From Abditibacteriaceae bacterium (GTDB taxonomy: Bacteria; Armatimonadota; Abditibacteriia; Abditibacteriales; Abditibacteriaceae): a DNA stretch of 64,000 nt. The stretch is from the NCBI GenBank assembly GCA_965277285.1, contig OZ255721.1, positions 2,912,001 through 2,976,000 on the forward strand, in the 5' to 3' direction. Position numbers and translations under genes: made by a program. Of this stretch, positions 57,933 through 64,000 are shown piece by piece. How positions within the stretch are numbered: the stretch's first letter is position 1; every line of letters begins with the position of its first letter. The notes beneath the pieces were generated by a model. The model was not told where the DNA came from, ran no database searches, and was given only the letters and a program-made list of their open reading frames with translations.

Positions 57933-60526
57933 GGCTTCACCGCGCTTGCTGTGGCACCGCCATCATTCACAATGACTTTGCCGTGCAACATTCCCATCCC
58001 GCATTGAAACAAAATTGCGCCTGTTTTCTGCGGCGTCAAATTGATGACGACTGGCTGATTGAGCGGCAATTTCTGGTCGATTTTCAAAGCCGGAAAAAGA
58101 ACTTCCGTGCCACACGTCGTGGAACTGGTGCGCAAAAATGTGATCTGCGCGGGCACGCCTTTCTTCAGCGAAAGCGTTGGCGGCTGATAGCCGGTATCTG
58201 AAACCACAATGCGCGCGGTTTGAACCTTCGGATTTTGAACCTTTGCGGGTTGGGCGTTCAGGTTTTGTAATGTTGTGGGCGCCGTCGAAGTTCGAGTACT
58301 CGAACTCGTGTTAGCGGTCTTCGTGCTCGCCGTTTGATCTGTCGCATCGCCGGAGTTTTGCGACGCGCTGTCAGAGATCGGATTTACAGCATCACCATTT
58401 TTGAGGTTTTCAAAGCCTTGCGTGATAACATGCGTGTCATCGCTCAGGCCGCCGACAACCTGGGTCGAATTGCCATCGGTGCCACCAATTTGAACCGAAA
58501 TCAGGCGTGCGCGCCACTGGCCGCCGGTCGAGAGCGGCGTTAGTTTCATGCCGCAGATCGGGCAGTCGCCGGGCTTTTCCTCGCGGATTTGTGGGTGCAT
58601 CGTGCAGGTGTAAATCGGTTTGGCGGCTTGCGCGGGCTGCATCGTCCAAAGCGTCGCGTTCTGGCTTGTCGGTATCACGTCGGAAGATGATGATTGCTGC
58701 ATCACAATCGCATCGTTGGGCACCTCGAAGGCGCCCGAACTTTGTGAAGTGGCGATATCCATCGTGATGGCTTCACCGGGCTTGAAACGATTGTCGGCGT
58801 TGGGCGCGACCGCTTCGACAATTCCCGTTCGGCTGGCGGCGTCGCTGGTCGGAAAGACGGCGCTGACACGCGTATCGAGTACTCGATTGCCATCCAGAGA
58901 GCGCACTTTCACATTCTGTCCCAATTGAATATGCGCCAGATCGGAGGCCGCGATATTGGCTTGAAAACGCACTTTGGAGACCTGCGCGATTTTCAAAATC
59001 ACCGCGCCGGAATTGACCAGAACACCCGGCGCCACCAATCGCTGCGTGACAATGCCATCGTCTGTCGCGCGAATTTCGGTGTAGCCACGCACAATCGAGG
59101 CTTCGCTGAGCGCGGCTCCCGCCTGCTGCGCGGCGATTTGCGCTTGCGTCGTTCCCATCTGCGCTTTGGAAAGAGCCGCGTCGGAACCTTGCGCCATCGC
59201 GTCCGCCGTATTTACTCCAGCGCGCGCCTGATCGACTTTGGCGCTCGCAGAACGCACATTTTGACCGCTTTGATTGAGTTGTTCCTGCGCAACTCCGACC
59301 GCAGCCTGGCTTTGCGCGACGTGTGACTGAGCGCGCTCTACCTCCGCCGCCATTTGCGCAACTTTGGCGGAAGCGGACTGTATGTTCGCATCGCTGCGCG
59401 CCAAGTTGTCCTGCGCGACACGAATGCGCGCCTGGGCACCGCGAACGCGCGCCTGGGCTTGTCGCACTTGCGCCGCTTGCGCTGCGATGTCGCTGCGCGC
59501 GGCATCTACGGCGGCCAGCATTTGATTGAGTTTGGCCTGAGCGTTGCGTGCGGCGGCCTGATCTTGTTGAAATTCTTCTTTTGAAACGGCGCCTTGCTTC
59601 AACAATGCCTGCGAACGCGCGAGCTTGGCGCTTTGGAAATCGGCGTCGGCGCGCGCGGCTTCGACATTGGAGGCGGCTTGCGGCAGCTTGGCGCCGACAC
59701 TTTGCGACTGGGCTTGCACGTTTTGGACTTCGCCACGCGCGTCATCCAGAGCCGAACGCGCGTCATCAAGTTCACCTTCGCGCATTTTACGGTCGCGCTG
59801 CGCCGCCATCACATCGGCACGCGCGCCGACCACGCCACGTTGTGCGCTGTCGAGCGCGGCCAGTGCATCGAGTACGCCGGAGCGCGCCGAAGAAACGCTA
59901 AGCGCCGCCTGTCGCACAGCATCGCGCGAACCGGCAAGCGCGGCCAAGGTGTCTTGAACTCCGCCGCTGGCGCGCTGAATTTCGGCTTGCGACTGCAAGC
60001 GATTCGCCTGCGCCTGTTGAATCTCGGTCGCAGCGATGGCACGTTGTTCTCGTGCAGCAGCGGCAGCCAAACGCGCCTGTTCTTCCTTCGCGCCTAACTC
60101 CGCGCTATCCAGGCGCACCAAAAGCTGCCCGCGATGCACGCGGTCGCCCGTATAAACCGGCAAATCGAGTACTCGGCCTGTCACGCGCGCTGCAACTTCC
60201 TGATCGTTGAACGGCACGACCGAACCGCTCAACGTCAATCGTGCGCTGAAGTTGCCTCGCCGAACTGTGACAAACGAAACCGGCACCGTGCCGACCGGCG
60301 GTTTCATCACGCTCATGTCCATCGCTTGCGCTTCGATGACGCTCATCGAACCCGCGCGCCGAAAATGACCGACAACATAACGCGCTACCAGAAAGATGCC
60401 GACCAGAAGCGCAAGCGCGCCCAAAGTGCTGCGATTGACGGCGCGACGCGGCGTTTTTTCGTTTGCCGCCAACTCCGACGCTACCAACTCCGATTTTGTG
60501 GGCGGAGTGCCCGAAGAAAAACTCAT
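57929..60526 (-). CDS. RND periplasmic adaptor with extended coiled coil, heavy-metal-binding domain and C-terminal cupredoxin domain
   Basis: Lipoyl motifs, long A/Q-rich coil, YTCTMHPQI..CPICGMKL, C-terminal FQCGMGMLHG. Confidence 0.9.
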   Translation of the reverse strand: MSFSSGTPPTKSELVASELAANEKTPRRAVNRSTLGALALLVGIFLVARYVVGHFRRAGSMSVIEAQAMDMSVMKPPVGTVPVSFVTVRRGNFSARLTLSGSVVPFNDQEVAARVTGRVLDLPVYTGDRVHRGQLLVRLDSAELGAKEEQARLAAAAAREQRAIAATEIQQAQANRLQSQAEIQRASGGVQDTLAALAGSRDAVRQAALSVSSARSGVLDALAALDSAQRGVVGARADVMAAQRDRKMREGELDDARSALDDARGEVQNVQAQSQSVGAKLPQAASNVEAARADADFQSAKLARSQALLKQGAVSKEEFQQDQAAARNAQAKLNQMLAAVDAARSDIAAQAAQVRQAQARVRGAQARIRVAQDNLARSDANIQSASAKVAQMAAEVERAQSHVAQSQAAVGVAQEQLNQSGQNVRSASAKVDQARAGVNTADAMAQGSDAALSKAQMGTTQAQIAAQQAGAALSEASIVRGYTEIRATDDGIVTQRLVAPGVLVNSGAVILKIAQVSKVRFQANIAASDLAHIQLGQNVKVRSLDGNRVLDTRVSAVFPTSDAASRTGIVEAVAPNADNRFKPGEAITMDIATSQSSGAFEVPNDAIVMQQSSSSDVIPTSQNATLWTMQPAQAAKPIYTCTMHPQIREEKPGDCPICGMKLTPLSTGGQWRARLISVQIGGTDGNSTQVVGGLSDDTHVITQGFENLKNGDAVNPISDSASQNSGDATDQTASTKTANTSSSTRTSTAPTTLQNLNAQPAKVQNPKVQTARIVVSDTGYQPPTLSLKKGVPAQITFLRTSSTTCGTEVLFPALKIDQKLPLNQPVVINLTPQKTGAILFQCGMGMLHGKVIVNDGGATASAVKP

Positions 60527-60696
60527 TGCTGTTCCTTCACGCTTTTTGTGAATCAAGCACTCGTTTCCAAGCTTTTTACAGCCAGAACGATGCTAACCCA
60601 TTGACTTTCCCGACTGGCGAAACGTCAATTTGCCGCGATCTCACCAAATGGAGACGCGACAAATCGTTGCCGTCAAAGGAGTGAGGGCAACGAAAC

Positions 60697-61137
60697 TTAA
60701 AGCGTGGGAGGAGCGCGTCCAGCTAAAGCCGCCGGACGTTGAAGGGAAGAAGACTTCGGGGGAGGGTGAAAGGAAAGCGCCCGCCACGTTCGTTCGGGAA
60801 CGCTCAATTGCAGACTCTGAGGCCACACAACGGCGACGGACGCGACCTGCGGAACGGGATGAACGTGCGGCGTGGAAGTGTCGGCCAGTGTAAAAGAGTG
60901 CTGCGAATGCTTATCGTCGGTTTGTGGCGACGGAGGAAGCGACAAAGGTTTGCAACACTTGCCGCCCATGTGAGCGCACGGCATGGCGGCTGAAGTTGGC
61001 ATCGCATCACGACAAACTTCGGTCGCGTCGCCGATTCTGCCCGTCATCGGACACGCCCACAAAGTCGCTGGCAATTGAAAAGCAAACATTGCCAGCAAGC
61101 TGAGGAGAAGAAACAGCGGACGGCGTGCCATTTTCAT
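60697..61137 (-). CDS. Cys-rich exported leader protein ending in RAPP (DUF2946-like)
   Basis: Signal peptide, Cys cluster (ACPM, VC, PCAHMGGKCC), C-terminus AGRAPPTL. Confidence 0.75.
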   Translation of the reverse strand: MKMARRPLFLLLSLLAMFAFQLPATLWACPMTGRIGDATEVCRDAMPTSAAMPCAHMGGKCCKPLSLPPSPQTDDKHSQHSFTLADTSTPHVHPVPQVASVAVVWPQSLQLSVPERTWRALSFHPPPKSSSLQRPAALAGRAPPTL

Positions 61138-61257
61138 GAGGTCGAAAGATGTTACAGTGAGCGCGTCGTTCCAAGTTCCGCAGAGCAGATAAAAATTATC
61201 CCGCGCTTTTCGTCATTACATACCAGATACATCAATTTTTTGTTTTAACGTTATCGT

Positions 61258-62934
61258 TTAAGCTGTGGAATCGTTTTGGGCGGCTTGTGCCAAAGGCAAG
61301 GTGACGAAGAACGTGGTGCCTTGACCAGGTTGGCTTTCCGCGTGGATATTTCCGCCGTGGCGTTCGGCGATTTTGCGGCAAATAGACAGGCCAATGCCGG
61401 TTCCTTCATATGTGCTGCGCCCGTGCAAGCGTTGAAACGGCTCAAAAATGAGATTGGCGTGCTGTTCCTCAAAACCGATGCCGTTGTCTGTAATCTCGAC
61501 CGTACATTGGTTTTGTTGTGCATCAACAGTAGCCGAGACTTTGATGATGGGCGGCACGTCGGGGCGCTGAAACTTCAATCCATTGCCGATCAGATTTTGG
61601 AAAAGCTGGCGCATTTGCAAAGCGTCGGCTTGCACGGCGGGCAATTCGCCGACTTCGATTTGCGCATGGTTGCTGGCGATGCGCGCTTCCAAATCGGACA
61701 AGACACCGGCGATAACGCCGTTCAAGCGCACGCTGGAAAATGGCCGCGATTTGCTGGTGATGCGCGAAAGGCTCAGCAAATCTTGAATCAAAGTGTCCAT
61801 GCGCCGCGCGGCGTCCAGCATTTTTTCAAGGGAAACTTTGCCATCTTCGCTGAGATTGGCGGCACATTTTTGTTCGAGACGCGTGCCGAACATTTGGATT
61901 TTGCGTAACGGTTCCTGCAAATCGTGCGAAGCGACCGACGCGAATTGTTCGAGTTCGCGGTTCGAGCGATTGAGTTCTTCGGTTTGCTTGGCTTGGATGC
62001 GCGCGGCATCTTTGCGCTCCGTGATGTCTTTGACAACGCCCGCCAGGCCAATCGTTTCGCCGCGCGAATCGCGCACCACAAAGGTTGTCAGTTCAACTGG
62101 AACGCGCGAGCCATCTTTGCGAAAGTATTCTTTTTCATATTCGACGGGCTGCCCACTTTCGATGATGCGACCGATGATTTCCGCTTCGCTTTGGTGATAT
62201 TCGGGCGGCGTCAGCTTTTGATAATCGCTGGAAAGAATTTCGTCGCGCGAATAATAGGTCAATCGCTCGAAGGCGCTGTTGACATCGAGCATTCGGCCAC
62301 CGAGTTCGGCGAAACCAATGGCGTCCTTGCTCGATTCGTAAATGCCCTGAAAACGTTCCTGCAATTGCAGCAGTTCTTCCTGCGCCCGCTTGCGCTCGAG
62401 GATTTCACTTTCGAGTACTCGATTGGCTTCTTCCAGTTGCACTTTGCGCTGCGAGGAAACGCGCGCTTCTTCCAGCAAATTGAGAATCGGGCGCAACATC
62501 GGCGGCAAAGCGACGGCTGTGACAACCGACGCGACAGCGGTAATCAGCTTGAGATAACCGGCCAGCCAGTAATAAGCTGTGAAAGTCGTCACCACTTCCA
62601 TGAAGTGCGTGCTGCCACACGCGATGATGAAAATGCCGAACGCCAGGAACAACCAGCGAAACGGAATGGTGGCGCGCGCGCGATAAACCAACGTCCCCAG
62701 CGCGCACGAAATCACCACATAGGAAAGGCCAATCGACATATCGGACACGACATGAAGACTGACCAGTTTTGGATCGAAATTGAAACATTCCTGGTGCGGA
62801 TCGTAGCCTGCTGTAGACATCAGGTTGTGAAGTAAGCCAGGCCACAACAACAATAGCGCGGCGCAAATCACCCAGACTGAGGTCAGTTGTAATACCCACG
62901 AACCTTGAATAATTTGCCGAAAGTTTCTGTTCAT
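61258..62934 (-). CDS. PAS sensor histidine kinase with ethylene-receptor-like transmembrane domain
   Basis: SDMSIGLSY and FIIACGSTH in the TM region, PAS, ASHDLQEPLR H-box, GTGIGL. Confidence 0.9.
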   Translation of the reverse strand: MNRNFRQIIQGSWVLQLTSVWVICAALLLLWPGLLHNLMSTAGYDPHQECFNFDPKLVSLHVVSDMSIGLSYVVISCALGTLVYRARATIPFRWLFLAFGIFIIACGSTHFMEVVTTFTAYYWLAGYLKLITAVASVVTAVALPPMLRPILNLLEEARVSSQRKVQLEEANRVLESEILERKRAQEELLQLQERFQGIYESSKDAIGFAELGGRMLDVNSAFERLTYYSRDEILSSDYQKLTPPEYHQSEAEIIGRIIESGQPVEYEKEYFRKDGSRVPVELTTFVVRDSRGETIGLAGVVKDITERKDAARIQAKQTEELNRSNRELEQFASVASHDLQEPLRKIQMFGTRLEQKCAANLSEDGKVSLEKMLDAARRMDTLIQDLLSLSRITSKSRPFSSVRLNGVIAGVLSDLEARIASNHAQIEVGELPAVQADALQMRQLFQNLIGNGLKFQRPDVPPIIKVSATVDAQQNQCTVEITDNGIGFEEQHANLIFEPFQRLHGRSTYEGTGIGLSICRKIAERHGGNIHAESQPGQGTTFFVTLPLAQAAQNDSTA

Positions 62935-63130
62935 TTTTCGCCTTGATGAATGCCGTCTTCGTTGATTCGAGTACTCGATGTCTAAAGGTTACAAGTCAAG
63001 TAACCGATCAAGAATTTGTAGGGGCTTGGCATACCAAGCCCTTTTCACAGCGTGATATTTCTTCGACTTATCTCAGTTTTTGCGCACCGGGTTCATACAA
63101 AACGCTTGGCACGCCAAGCCTTTCCACATG

Positions 63131-64000
63131 TCAATGTTGCAACACATATTTTGCGGCACCGCGCCCCGCGACTGCACCGCTGCTCCACGCCCATTGGAAA
63201 TTGTAGCCGCCCAGCCAACCATCGACATCACAAATTTCGCCCGCGAAAAATAAGCCCGCGTGCAATTTCGACATCATCGAAGACGATTCGATTTCTTCCA
63301 GCGAAACGCCGCCCGCCGTCGCTTCGGCCTTGACGTAATCGCCGACATCGACCACCGGCAAAGGCCAATCGAACAACGCCGTTTTCGCCCGTTGACTTTG
63401 TTCCACACTTAAGCGTCCGACAAACGCGTCGCGTGCCTGCGAGTACTCGATAATCGCTTCGGCCACGCGGCGTGGCAACAATTCCGCGAGGGCATTGAAC
63501 AACGTTTTCTTAGCATTTTTCCCCGCAAAATCGTGCCAGAAACGATTGACCTGTTCGTCATCAATCTCTGGCAAAAGTCGCAAAGTAATTTGCGCGCGCG
63601 GATGTTCGGTTCGTTCACGGATGAAATGGCGGCTGATGTTCAAAGCGGGCGGCCCACTGTAACCCGTGTGCGTGAACAAAAACGAACCGCGATATTTCGC
63701 CAAGGTTTGCTCTCCGTCGCGCAAAGTCAAACGCGCTGGAAGCGTAATGCCGCTCAGGTTCGCATGAATCGCGGGTTGCGCCAACAAAGGCGAAAGCGCA
63801 GGCGTCGTGATTTGAATCGTGTGTCCCAATTGTCGGGCGAAACGCAAACCGTCGCCGTTCGAGCCACTTTTAGGCAACGCCAAACCGCCGGTGCAAAGAA
63901 CCAGAGCGCGCGTTGTTATCTGACCACGCGGCGTTTGCACCGTCCACAAATTGTCCTCTTTCGAGTACTCGATTGCTGTTGCCGGACAATCTCTGACAAG
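63131..64000 (-). CDS. HI0933/YhiN (BaiN-like) flavoprotein (5' end outside window)
   Basis: TGGLALPKSGSNGDG, LFTHTGYSGP, GEICDVDGWLGGYNFQWAWSSG. Confidence 0.92.
   Translation of the reverse strand, partial: LVRDCPATAIEYSKEDNLWTVQTPRGQITTRALVLCTGGLALPKSGSNGDGLRFARQLGHTIQITTPALSPLLAQPAIHANLSGITLPARLTLRDGEQTLAKYRGSFLFTHTGYSGPPALNISRHFIRERTEHPRAQITLRLLPEIDDEQVNRFWHDFAGKNAKKTLFNALAELLPRRVAEAIIEYSQARDAFVGRLSVEQSQRAKTALFDWPLPVVDVGDYVKAEATAGGVSLEEIESSSMMSKLHAGLFFAGEICDVDGWLGGYNFQWAWSSGAVAGRGAAKYVLQH

Larger units (their letters stand above)
459..63972. repeat. Highly iterated 12-bp palindrome TCGAGTACTCGA, dispersed (43 perfect copies plus about 20 variants)
   Basis: Perfect copies start at 2457, 3482, 4080, 4491, 5418, 6875, 8821, 9296, 10492, 15004, 15627, 16036, 18874, 19655, 20352, 22148, 22667, 24569, 26109, 27492, 28448, 29473, 30481, 31319, 35845, 37164, 38950, 41005, 41500, 41989, 42501, 45319, 46494, 47897, 52224, 53814, 55615, 57087, 58292, 58875, 62411, 62967, 63961. 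One-mismatch copies start at 459, 1195, 2932, 4752, 11399, 13532, 14555, 17279, 21560, 25546, 33101, 34287, 35394, 37867, 44492, 49079, 54394, 60165, 63439. Confidence 0.97.

Noticed and set aside
48223..61137. Metal-resistance cluster as a mobile genomic island
   Set aside because: No integrase, transposase, tRNA or flanking direct repeats, and composition and palindrome density match the backbone.
459..63972. The 12-bp palindrome as a sequencing adapter, linker or assembly artefact
   Set aside because: Copies lie in-frame in intact conserved genes with appropriate residues (e.g. RecG, CarB, AroB), and degenerate variants exist, so the motif is biological.
2457..63972. The palindrome copies as a CRISPR array or integron attC sites
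   Set aside because: The repeat is only 12 bp, spacing is hundreds of bases to kilobases, many copies are inside genes, and no cas gene, integrase or attC-like R/L box structure is visible.

Overview
Bacterial chromosomal segment, moderately GC-rich, with about 53 CDS. Housekeeping genes include gdhA, recG, rsmD, cspA, a C-terminal-half carB, aroB, typA and a ubiD-type decarboxylase. The window also holds an RNase P RNA gene (rnpB), a HAS-barrel/HerA pair, signalling genes, a heavy-metal/arsenic cluster (about 48.2-61.1 kb), several small AT-richer orphan genes and at least four REP/MITE-like repeat families. Gene content and style suggest an Armatimonadota/Abditibacteriota-like organism (inference only). 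The dominant unexplained signal is the 12-bp palindrome TCGAGTACTCGA. By eye I count 43 perfect copies and about 20 near-perfect ones, roughly one per kb. They are spaced more evenly than random, occur in most intergenic gaps, and are written in-frame into conserved proteins as SSTR, RVLE/D or xEYS. This behaves like cyanobacterial HIP1 but is a motif I do not recognise. Other highlights: a Cys-rich RAPP-ending leader ORF ahead of a metal-efflux operon, an ethylene-receptor-type kinase, tandem REC-zinc-ribbon regulators, an expanded RNase P RNA with heptamer repeats in P12, and a probable AUA start codon. All counts and coordinates were read manually and need computational confirmation.
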